Of a stretch of 64,000 nucleotides of DNA, positions 17,202 through 25,234 are shown one piece after another. Both the position numbers and the translations under genes were made by a program. The notes below the pieces were generated by a model. The model was not told where the DNA came from, ran no database searches, and saw only the letters and a list, made by a program, of their open reading frames with translations. Positions within the stretch are counted from its first letter, which is position 1; every line of letters starts with the position of its first letter. The stretch spans positions 97,161-161,160 of the forward strand of contig JBDKKJ010000002.1 of the NCBI GenBank assembly GCA_039796155.1, written 5' to 3'. The DNA is from Candidatus Parcubacteria bacterium. Lineage in GTDB: Bacteria > Patescibacteriota > Minisyncoccia > Phycocordibacterales > UBA6065.

Positions 17202-18527
17202 ATGAAATCGATCTTTAGGTCTAAAAAACGAAAGCTTCTTGTCGGCACTCTTATTTTCCTTGTTGTGGGCGGTACTATTGGGACGTATGTCTTTATAAAA
17301 TCGACCCCAAAAGAAATTGTATATAAAACTCCCGAGGAGAAGGATCTTTATGTTCGTTTCCTGATGGAAAGTTTTGACACGATTAAACAGAACTATTGGG
17401 CAAAGACTGAGGAGGGTGATATGGCTACACACTTTCAGCAGTCACTTCAGAAAGCAGAAAACTCAATTACGTTACCAGTCCTCGTAACTCGAGATAGAGC
17501 AGGTACAGCCAAAATGCTTTCTGTGGCCTTCTTAGCTGCAACTTCTACTGATGCAAGGAAAAATCTCGCACTCAATACACTTAATGTCGCGTTGTATAAT
17601 CTGCAGCCATACGGTAGAAATGGCGCACTGTCACAAACACAAGAAACAGCATTTCGAGAAAATGTAGCAAACGTGAATCCAAATAAAGATTTGTACAAAG
17701 ACCTCGGTCTTGAAAAAGGTGCCACGGCTGAAGCGGTTACTGTAGCGTACGAGGAGAAGGCTAAGGCGCTCGCTAAAGATCCGACGCCAGAGGCAAAGGC
17801 CGAATTGGCGAAAGTGTCACATGCAAAGGAGGTGCTTGCGAATCCAAACACTAAAGATTTGTATGACGCTGCAAAGATTGAGCCAACATCATCGACAAAT
17901 ATTCTAGGGAAGACCTTGTATGTAAAAATTGATCGTATTTCTCCGACTACTCTTTTGGAATTCGGACGCACGGTGTATTCTGCAACAACAACACCGGGAC
18001 TCAACAGCATGATTATTGATTTTCGACAAAACCTTGGAGGTGCTCTCGATTTTGCACAGAACTTTCTAGGACTTTTCTTGGGACAAAATCAATTCGCCTT
18101 TGATCTATTTCACCAAGGAGACTACAACGCACAGCGAACAAATCAGCCTTATTTTCCAGAACTTGCTCGTTATAAAGATATTGTGATTCTGACTGATAAT
18201 ATGACACAGTCTACAGCTGAAGTTACAAGTGCCGCATTTAAGCGATTTAAATTGGGGACAGTGGTGGGCGGTACTACACGTGGTTGGGGAACAGTTGAAA
18301 ATACATTCCCGCTACAAACAACGGTTGATGAAAAGGAAAAGTACGCGCTTCTTCTGGTTCATAGCATTACATTACGCGAAGATAATCAGCCTACTGAAGG
18401 AAGGGGAATTGATCCAGATGTAAATATCTCAAATCCTAACTGGAAGAAAGAATTAGAAGGTAGGCTTAAATCGTCAGAGTTTACAAAATTGGTTGAAAAG
18501 CTCGTTTCAGCGTCACCAAATAAATAA
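17202..18527 (+). CDS. Membrane-anchored S41 (C-terminal processing peptidase)-like protein with embedded degenerate J-like domain
   Basis: TM anchor LLVGTLIFLVVGGTIGTYVFI. S41-like motifs are ..MIIDFRQNLGGALDF.., ..LTDNMTQSTAEVTSAAFK.. and ..GGTTRGWGTVE.. The insert DLYKDLGLEKGATAEAVTVAYEEKAKALAKDPTPEAKAELAKVSHAKEVLANPNTKDLYD parallels a DnaJ J-domain. Confidence 0.6.
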   Translation: MKSIFRSKKRKLLVGTLIFLVVGGTIGTYVFIKSTPKEIVYKTPEEKDLYVRFLMESFDTIKQNYWAKTEEGDMATHFQQSLQKAENSITLPVLVTRDRAGTAKMLSVAFLAATSTDARKNLALNTLNVALYNLQPYGRNGALSQTQETAFRENVANVNPNKDLYKDLGLEKGATAEAVTVAYEEKAKALAKDPTPEAKAELAKVSHAKEVLANPNTKDLYDAAKIEPTSSTNILGKTLYVKIDRISPTTLLEFGRTVYSATTTPGLNSMIIDFRQNLGGALDFAQNFLGLFLGQNQFAFDLFHQGDYNAQRTNQPYFPELARYKDIVILTDNMTQSTAEVTSAAFKRFKLGTVVGGTTRGWGTVENTFPLQTTVDEKEKYALLLVHSITLREDNQPTEGRGIDPDVNISNPNWKKELEGRLKSSEFTKLVEKLVSASPNK

Positions 18528-18529
18528 TA

Positions 18530-18560
18530 AAAAAGGCCGCGACAGAGTCGCGGCCTTGCT
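18530..18560. terminator. Bidirectional intrinsic terminator (S41-like gene on +; cryptic unit on -)
   Basis: aaaaaggccgcgac-agag-tcgcggcc with A-rich and T-rich flanks on the two strands. Confidence 0.65.
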
Positions 18561-18576
18561 GTTCTACGTGCCGAAG

Positions 18577-18696
18577 CTATCGAGCCTTGCCACCGCCCAG
18601 TAATTTGAGCATTGCGGCCTGTTCGTTGAAACGCTTTTGTGCGCGGCCGGCTACTGTGAGGCGGTTCCTTCGGGTATTAGTTTGATTTCTTTTCAT
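18577..18696 (-). CDS. Candidate 39-aa highly basic peptide inside a cryptic minus-strand transcription unit (alternatively a non-coding RNA)
   Basis: Own translation: MKRNQTNTRRNRLTVAGRAQKRFNEQAAMLKLLGGGKAR*. It is below the 60-aa track cutoff and is bracketed by the promoter at 18759-18786 (-) and the terminator at 18530-18560. There is no confident family match. Confidence 0.25.
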   Translation of the reverse strand: MKRNQTNTRRNRLTVAGRAQKRFNEQAAMLKLLGGGKAR

Positions 18697-18758
18697 GGGG
18701 GAGCGGGATAACTGCGTAGAACATCCTACAACCGGGATGGCTATAGGAGTCGCGTATC

Positions 18759-18786
18759 AGTATAGTTTTTGGCCCAAATATGTCAA
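18759..18786 (-). promoter_or_regulatory. Near-consensus minus-strand promoter TTGACA-16-TATACT
   Basis: The reverse complement reads ttgaca tatttgggccaaaaac tatact. It points away from rplJ toward the terminator at 18530-18560. Confidence 0.55.
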
Positions 18787-18794
18787 CGCTTGAA

Positions 18795-18950
18795 AAAGAG
18801 CCTTTAATCTGATAGTCTCTATCTCGAAAGGCCGGAGAAAGTAGGTGGCCCAATACAAGGCCATAATCCTCGCAAGAGGCACTCCTACTGAGGTCGAAAC
18901 GCGTTACAGCGTCTCTACTCCGTTCTGCCTTAGGGCAGACCTTTTTATTA
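18795..18950 (+). promoter_or_regulatory. Structured rplJ leader (L10-leader-like) ending in attenuator hairpin
   Basis: A three-way-junction candidate is present: agtagg...cctact encloses tggcc-caatacaa-ggcca and cctc-gcaa-gagg. Next come acgc-gttaca-gcgt and tctgcc-ttag-ggcaga + cctttttatt (18924-18946), 27 nt before the rplJ ATG. Confidence 0.45.
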
Positions 18951-18972
18951 TTAGCGGTAAGTTGAAATATAC

Positions 18973-19464
18973 ATGCCAATCACAAAAGACAAGAAGAAAG
19001 AACTGATTTCAGAACTTGAAACAGTTTTCAAGAATTCAAATGGCGTCGTCTTTGTGGGATTCAAGGGTCTCAAAGTAAACGAGGCGAACAATATGCGAAA
19101 GGGCTTCAAGGCTCAGGGCGTAAACTTCATCGTTGCTAAGAAAACTCTTATGGGTCGCGCACTCGAAGCTGCAAAAATTACAGGAACACTTCCTGTTATC
19201 GGAGCAGAAGTCGCAGTTGCGTACTCAGCAGACAACCTCACAACAGCACGCGAAGTCGGAGGATTTTTGAAGAAGAACAAAGATAAGCTTTCTGTCCTCG
19301 GTGGAATTTTCGAAGGAAAGTTCATCACAAAGGAAGATGTTATCGCGTACTCTTCAATCCCAGATCGACAGACTCTCTACGCTCAGGTGGTCAACCTATT
19401 CAATTCTCCTATCCAGGGATTTGTTATGGCCGCAAGCGAGATTGCAAAGAAGAAGCAGGCTTAA
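18973..19464 (+). CDS. rplJ: 50S ribosomal protein L10
   Basis: 163 aa. MPITKDKKKELISELETVFKNSNGVVFVGFKGLKVNEANNMRKGFKAQGVNFIVAKKTL.. matches L10 and the gene lies directly upstream of rplL. Confidence 0.9.
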   Translation: MPITKDKKKELISELETVFKNSNGVVFVGFKGLKVNEANNMRKGFKAQGVNFIVAKKTLMGRALEAAKITGTLPVIGAEVAVAYSADNLTTAREVGGFLKKNKDKLSVLGGIFEGKFITKEDVIAYSSIPDRQTLYAQVVNLFNSPIQGFVMAASEIAKKKQA

Positions 19465-19488
19465 TTTATTTATCATTTATCAAAACGT

Positions 19489-19860
19489 ATGGAAACTCCA
19501 GCAAAATTTAAGGCAATCGTAGATGCTCTCGAAGCGATGTCAGTTCTTGACCTCCACGAGCTTGTAAAGCACCTCGAAACAAAGTTCGGTGTATCAGCAG
19601 CAGCAGTTGCAGCTCCAGCAGCAGCAGCAGGCCCAGCAGCAGAAGAGAAGTCTACATTCACTGTAGAGCTCAAGGACTCAGGTGCTTCAAAGATCAACGT
19701 TATCAAGGTTGTTAAGGAAGCTCTTGGCCTCGGACTTAAGGAAGCTAAGGACCTCGTTGATGCAGCTCCAAAGGTGCTCAAGGAAGGTGTTAAGAAGGAA
19801 GATGCAGAAAAGCTTAAGAAGGACATCGAAGCAGCAGGAGGAAAGGTTGAACTTAAATAA
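19489..19860 (+). CDS. rplL: 50S ribosomal protein L7/L12
   Basis: ..[27 protein letters not shown](Ala-rich hinge)..[56 protein letters not shown] is canonical L7/L12. Confidence 0.97.
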   Translation: METPAKFKAIVDALEAMSVLDLHELVKHLETKFGVSAAAVAAPAAAAGPAAEEKSTFTVELKDSGASKINVIKVVKEALGLGLKEAKDLVDAAPKVLKEGVKKEDAEKLKKDIEAAGGKVELK

Positions 19861-19883
19861 GTTCATTCGTTCTCTTACAAAAA

Positions 19884-19906
19884 AACCACCTCAGGGTGGT
19901 TTTTTG
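19884..19906 (+). terminator. Intrinsic terminator after rplL
   Basis: aaccaccc(t)cagggtggtt followed by ttttt. Confidence 0.65.
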
Positions 19907-19959
19907 CTGCTATATTTTTGGAATTGTTTTGATTGCTATTCTGTGAGATTCTGGAGGGT

Positions 19960-20625
19960 ATGGATAAAGCACTTATAGGTATCATGGTTGTCGTCGCACT
20001 CTTTATACTTGGTGGTTCAGGTATTCTTTCGAGTCCTGTAGTGCAACCTTCGTCTAAAGAGGAAACATTCACTATCCCTGTGCCGACTGATTTTGCGCAA
20101 AGCACTGAGACACCGGTGGTTCCTACACGACCCGTTGAATCAGCTGAAGAGGGATCGGTTCGTATTACGTCAGGAGGCCCAAATTCTATAACTGTTTCTC
20201 AGGATCAGACAACAGGCATTTTCTCACTTGGTGTACAGGCGGTTGGTTCGCAAATATCTATTCAACGTATTCGAATTGATTTAGGGGCGACTAAAGATGT
20301 GTGGCTGAGAATCTTTAAGACACTGTATGTTGTTGATGGTTCGGGAAAAGTTTTAGCTCAAAGTGAACTTACGAAAAGTACTGTAAGTAATATGAACGGT
20401 CGCTGGGTTGCGACGTTGGCAGGTTTTGATTTTGCGGTAAAAAAGAATGAAACAGGTACTTTGTATATTAAGGCCAACTCATACCCTTTAATAGATTCAA
20501 ATTCGACAGAAACCTTTACGTTGGCTATCACAGAGGGTGGTGTACGTGGCCAGGATGCTCGAGGTGGCAATATTTATGGCCCAGCAAAGACCATTTCTCT
20601 TCAAGTAGTACATCCCGTTGAGTAG
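19960..20625 (+). CDS. Membrane-anchored protein carrying one copy of the beta-domain found in the 8702 surface protein
   Basis: Start re-called at ATG 19960 (MDKALIGIMVVVALFILGG is a TM anchor). QRIRIDLGATKDVWLRIFKTLYVVDGSGKVLAQSEL..TLYIKANSY aligns with QRVKLDLGTSTSIYTKVYKTLYVVDDAGKVVAQADL..VLTIKADVY of the 8702 protein. Confidence 0.55.
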   Translation: MDKALIGIMVVVALFILGGSGILSSPVVQPSSKEETFTIPVPTDFAQSTETPVVPTRPVESAEEGSVRITSGGPNSITVSQDQTTGIFSLGVQAVGSQISIQRIRIDLGATKDVWLRIFKTLYVVDGSGKVLAQSELTKSTVSNMNGRWVATLAGFDFAVKKNETGTLYIKANSYPLIDSNSTETFTLAITEGGVRGQDARGGNIYGPAKTISLQVVHPVE

Positions 20626-20699
20626 TTTTAGGGTACTTTTCTATTCCGTTCCCGTTTTGTTATACTCCCCTTATACATTTATTCAGCAATCAAACATAC

Positions 20700-21326
20700 A
20701 TGGACACACTTTCACAGCTTTTCGGAACTACACTTAAAGTAAAACTCTTGCGACTCTTCCTATTCAATAAGGGCACGTCGTATGACGTAATGCATATTGA
20801 GGACAAAACCGGCGCGCGTGCTCGCGATATTGAAAAAGAAATAGCGGCCCTCAAAAAAATGGGTCTTATAAAAGCATCATCACTTTCTCGAATTGTTCAG
20901 ATTAAGAAAGGGAAGAAGATTATTGAAAAGAAGAAACAATTTAAAGCATGGACTCTTGATAGCAATTTTGAATTTGCTGAACCGCTTTCAGATTTCTTAA
21001 TAAAAACGCATTCACTCGAAGACAGAGCGATTGTCCGTCGACTTGAAAAAGTGGGGAAGATAAAGGCAGTTGTTGTTGCCGGCATTTTCCTCCGAGACTC
21101 TGAGAGTCGAATTGATATGTTTATTGTTGGCGACAATATCAAGCAGTCTTCACTGGATAAGGTTATTAAATCTATTGAATCTGAGATGGGTAAGGACGTC
21201 CGTTACGTAATGCTCACTGGATCTGACTTTGAATACCGGATAAGTATGAATGACAAGCTTGTTCGCGATGTGCTCGATTTTCCACATAAGCTTCTACTCA
21301 ATAAAATAGGTATTGTAAGCAAATAG
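20700..21326 (+). CDS. Putative wHTH regulator with C-terminal nucleotidyltransferase-like fold
   Basis: The N-terminus TLKVKLLRLFLFNKGTSYDVMHIEDKTGARARDIEKEIAALKKMGLIK is ArsR/MarR-like wHTH. The C-terminus ..IKAVVVAGIFLRDSESRIDMFIVGDNI.. is NTase-like. It is preceded by TGTTATACT at 20658-20666. Confidence 0.4.
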   Translation: MDTLSQLFGTTLKVKLLRLFLFNKGTSYDVMHIEDKTGARARDIEKEIAALKKMGLIKASSLSRIVQIKKGKKIIEKKKQFKAWTLDSNFEFAEPLSDFLIKTHSLEDRAIVRRLEKVGKIKAVVVAGIFLRDSESRIDMFIVGDNIKQSSLDKVIKSIESEMGKDVRYVMLTGSDFEYRISMNDKLVRDVLDFPHKLLLNKIGIVSK

Positions 21327-21338
21327 AGAGGGGTGGAT

Positions 21339-21364
21339 AAAAAGCGCGCTTGAGCGCTTTTTTC
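21339..21364 (+). terminator. Intrinsic terminator
   Basis: aaagcgc-gcttga-gcgcttt followed by ttt. Confidence 0.55.
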
Positions 21365-21416
21365 GTTGTATAATTATCCTTGTAGTTATATTTATCAGTT
21401 TTTACCTTTAATATTT

Positions 21417-22112
21417 ATGGTATTGCAAACATGGGGTAACACAATTTCAGGCGCTTTCCAGGGAATCTGGGCTGGCGTAATTGCGTTTATTCCGAGTCTC
21501 GTTGCGGCTCTCGTTATTTTTATCATCGGTTGGATTGTTGCTGCACTTGTTGCAAAGATCATTGCGCACGCAATCAAGGCTATCAAGCTCGATCACGCTC
21601 TTGATCAGGCAGGTTTCGGTGCAGTGGTAAAGCGTGCCGGCTTCACTCTTGATTCAGGTGCTTTTATCGGTGGAATCGTAAAGTGGTTTATTATCGTTGC
21701 ATTCCTCGTTGCTTCGTTTGAAGTACTTGGTTTGAGCCAGGTAAACACATTCCTCCAGCAGGTAGTTCTCCTTTACTTGCCACAGGTATTGGTTGCAGTC
21801 CTCATTCTCCTTGTTTCTGTTGTCATTGCTGACACAGTTTCAAAGGTTGTAGTAGGTTCAGCAAAGGCGGCAGGTGTAAAGTCAGCTAACTTCCTTGGTA
21901 CAGTTACCAAGTGGGCTATCTGGATTTTTGCTCTCCTTGCTGCGCTCGTTCAGCTCGGTATTGCAGTAGGATTCATTCAGACTCTTTTCACAGGAGTTGT
22001 AGTGGCTCTCTCACTCGCGTTTGGGCTCGCGTTCGGACTTGGAGGACAGCAGGCAGCTGCAGGTTATATTGAAAAGATGAAGCACGAAATTGCAGATCAC
22101 AATAACAATTAA
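21417..22112 (+). CDS. Polytopic membrane protein with repeated 'conserved TM helix' motifs (mechanosensitive-channel-associated type)
   Basis: Start re-called at ATG 21417. Repeats of the form ..IPSLVAALVIFIIGWIVAALVAKII.. / ..LPQVLVAVLILLVSVVIADTVSKVV.. / ..VTKWAIWIFALLAALVQLGI.. Confidence 0.5.
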   Translation: MVLQTWGNTISGAFQGIWAGVIAFIPSLVAALVIFIIGWIVAALVAKIIAHAIKAIKLDHALDQAGFGAVVKRAGFTLDSGAFIGGIVKWFIIVAFLVASFEVLGLSQVNTFLQQVVLLYLPQVLVAVLILLVSVVIADTVSKVVVGSAKAAGVKSANFLGTVTKWAIWIFALLAALVQLGIAVGFIQTLFTGVVVALSLAFGLAFGLGGQQAAAGYIEKMKHEIADHNNN

Positions 22113-22138
22113 TATTTTTTAGTTACACTTACTCGTTT

Positions 22139-22561
22139 ATGCGAAAAGACATTTCATCACTCGTTGTTAGACTCATTATTGGAGGAATTTTCATTGCAGC
22201 GGGCTGGATGAAGGTCTCTGACATGGCGGGTACCCTCGGTTTCTTTAGCAGTCTCGGAATTCCAGCATACCTTACCTATGCAGTTTCATACCTCGAACTT
22301 ATCGGAGGTGTGGCAATTGTTCTCGGTGCATGGACATGCATTTCTTCTGCAGTACTCGGAGTTATCATGATTGTTGCAGTTGGAATTACATACAAGGGCG
22401 GTCTCCAGGCTTTCGGATATCCTCTTGTAACTCTTGCAGGTCTCGTTTCACTTATTGGTTCATGTGGAGGTAAATTCTCAGTACTCAAGTGCGGAGGATG
22501 CGACTCATGTTCAAAGTGTGGTGGTGAAGACAAAGTAGGGGAGGCTCCAAAGATGATGTAG
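22139..22561 (+). CDS. DoxX-family membrane protein with Cys-rich C-terminal tail
   Basis: ..LVVRLIIGGIFIAAGWMKV...YLELIGGVAIVLG.. is DoxX-like with 4 TM helices. The tail is SCGGKFSVLKCGGCDSCSKCGGEDK. Confidence 0.65.
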   Translation: MRKDISSLVVRLIIGGIFIAAGWMKVSDMAGTLGFFSSLGIPAYLTYAVSYLELIGGVAIVLGAWTCISSAVLGVIMIVAVGITYKGGLQAFGYPLVTLAGLVSLIGSCGGKFSVLKCGGCDSCSKCGGEDKVGEAPKMM

Positions 22562-22586
22562 TTGTTCGGTCGTAAGACCAAGAGCA

Positions 22587-22619
22587 AAAGGCCGGTTGCC
22601 GTAGGCAACCGGCCTTTTA
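22587..22619 (+). terminator. Intrinsic terminator after DoxX gene
   Basis: aaaggccggttgcc-gta-ggcaaccggccttt forms a 14-bp stem. Confidence 0.7.
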
Positions 22620-22760
22620 CCTATAAAAATAGGCCGTATTATGACAAAAGATTATAAAGTATCAGACACAGCAAATAACATTATGTCAATATCTGTAAGG
22701 TTCTTTTGCTAAGACCGTCTTAGATACCTTAGACAAAAGAGAGGAATCGTGGTTTGGGGC

Positions 22761-22788
22761 TTGACGAATGAAGCGCCATCAGTATACT
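22761..22788 (+). promoter_or_regulatory. Promoter TTGACG-16-TATACT, likely the 23S-5S promoter
   Basis: ttgacg aatgaagcgccatcag tatact lies about 380 nt upstream of the 23S 5' end. No plus-strand protein gene lies between them. Confidence 0.55.
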
Positions 22789-22867
22789 TAGCTCTACCTC
22801 TAATTATGGTTATTACATTCACTTCAGCGCGAACGAAATAAGGCCATTCAATTGGCTCTATTACGTT

Positions 22868-22920
22868 CCGCTCAACTGAGCGGATTTCTTTTTTTAAAGG
22901 TATGTTGTTTCTTTGAAAAC
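22868..22920 (+). promoter_or_regulatory. 23S leader hairpin + U-tract followed by boxA-like TTTCTTTGA
   Basis: ccgctc-aact-gagcgg + atttcttttttt, then ..tgttgtttctttgaaaac. The 16S leader carries the same word (atttctttgag, about 39361-39371). Confidence 0.35.
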
Positions 22921-23727
22921 TAAACCCCACCGCATTAGTCTTTAGATCCGGTTCAGCGTTCTCTGCGTTTTTTATAAGCGCGCAGAACGCTGGGCCGGAC
23001 CTTTGGTCTTTTCAAGAGTGCAGGTGGCTACTACGTTCTATAGACGGACGTAGTAAAACCTACTTTTTATCCAGGAAAGATAAAAGTAGAAACAGGTAAA
23101 TTAAAGTATTAAGTCTTTATTCGTTGTAAGCGAATAAAGATCACTGAGACAAGTTAGTTTAGTGGTTTTTAAATTTCCTAATAGGAAATTTAAGAGCATA
23201 TGGTGGATGCCTAGGCTTCTGAGAAGCGATGAAGGACGTTGTGTAGCGACGATAATTTCGGGGAGCCGCTGAACAGGCTTTGATCCGGAAGTTTCCGAAT
23301 GAGGCAACTCCTCTCGTAGAGATACGAGAGACATTCACGTTTAACGTGAATGAGCACACCCTGGGAAGTAAAACATTTCAGTACCAGGAGGAAGAGAAAA
23401 CAATGTCCGCGTACTGCGGACACCATTACCTTAGTAGTGGCGAGCGAAAGGGTAAGAGCCCAAACTCGGTCTAAATCGTGGATTATGTCGCAAGACGTAG
23501 AACACGATTTAGATCGGGGGTTATAAGGTGATAACGTCTCTATTTATAGAGGAAAAAGTCAAAAAATATTTTGTTAACGGAATTGGCTGGAAAGCCAAGC
23601 CCTAGAGAGTGATAGCCTCGTACGTGAAAATAAAATATCTTTTTTGTTGTCATTCTTGAGTACCTCAGGACACGAATAGCCTGAGGGAATTCGCCGGGAC
23701 TAACCGGCAAGGCTAAATATTCCAGAA

Positions 23728-23767
<40 letters not shown>

Positions 23768-24355
23768 CATCCCGGAGAGGGAGGTGAAATAGAACTGAAA
23801 CCATATGCTTACAAGGAGTGGGAGCGGACTGTCGCAAGACATGATCCGTCACCGCGTGCCTATTGAAGAATGAGCCAACGAGTTGATGCATGCTGCAAGG
23901 CTAAGGGCTTGAAAGCCCGGAGCCGCAGGGAAACCGAGTGTGAATAGCGCGAATCAGTAGTATGCATCAGACCCGAAGCCGAGTGAGCTTGCCATGTGCA
24001 GGTTGAACGCTGTCGAAAGACAGCGGAAGGACCGAACGCTAGAGACGTGCAATACTCTGCGATGACATGTGGTATGGAGTGATAAGCTCATCGAACTCGG
24101 TAATAGCTGGTTCTCTCCGAAATATGTTTAGGCATAGCGTCGTTTGTTCCCAAGGGGGGTAGAGCACTGGAAGATTCTGACAGGTAGAAATATCGCAGAA
24201 CCTATCAAACTCCGAATACCCTTGGTTAAAAGAACGGCAGTAAGTCCGTGGGGGCTAAGCTCCATAGGACAAAAGGGAAACAGCCCGAATCTCAATTTAA
24301 GGTCCCAAAATTTATGCTAAGTACTAGGGAGGTGGTGAATCTTCTTTGACGGTGA

Positions 24356-24387
<32 letters not shown>

Positions 24388-25234
24388 GAAAGCGTAACAG
24401 CTCACTCACTTAGAGGGTTTGCGCCGCAGATGATCGGGGTTAAAGCATAATACCGAAACTGAGGATTGCATCTGTCTTCGGACAGGTGCTCTGGTAGGAG
24501 AGTATTCTACTCTGCGATGAAGGCAAAGGGGTGACCCATGCTGGAGCGTGTAGAAGTAAGAATGTTGGCACAAGTAACCACAATGCGGATGAGAAATCCG
24601 CACGCCGAAAGATTAAGGTTTCCTTCGCAATGGACTTCAGCGAAGGGTTAGTCGGGCCTAAGGGGATGGTGAAAACCGTACCTGATGGACACACGGTTAA
24701 TATTCCGTGACTTACAGTTGGTGCGATGGCATGACGGAGCACAATATATGTAGCCCCTTATTGGATTGGGGTCTTTGGTCAGAGGGTGTGGTACCAGGAA
24801 AATCCGGTACCCGGTTGTTTAATCAACGAGCCTAAGGACAGGAGGGAAGCTCTAGCTTGCTAGAGGGAACTACATAAACCGAGCTTTCAAGAAAAGTGTC
24901 TAAGCATAACCAAAGGTAATCCGTACCGAAAACCGAAACAGGTGATCACGTCGAGAAGACGAAGGCGAACGAGTGAAGGTCCTCCAAGGAACTCGGCAAA
25001 AAATCAGCCGTAAGTTAGCGATAAGGCTTGCCTCCTATTTATTTAGGAGGCCGCAGCGAAAGTATGCCTGGCGACTGTTTATCAAAAACACAGCTCCCTG
25101 CGAACTCGTAAGAGGATGTATAGGGGGTGACACTTGACCAATGCCAGAAGGTCAACCATTTGCGGTGCGATTATATCAAGCTGATGAATGTAAGCCCTGG
25201 TGAATGTCGGCGGTAACTATAACCGTCCTAAGGT

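Noticed and set aside
18677-18979. 100-aa minus-strand ORF upstream of rplJ.
   Set aside because: It spans the rplJ start, the leader/attenuator and the minus-strand promoter itself, and the translation is compositionally odd. The region is better explained by the rplJ leader plus the cryptic unit at 18530-18790.
22709-22930. 73-aa minus-strand ORF in the 23S upstream region.
   Set aside because: It is antisense to a strong plus-strand promoter, hairpin and boxA-like leader, and has no recognisable start context or family. It cannot be fully excluded.
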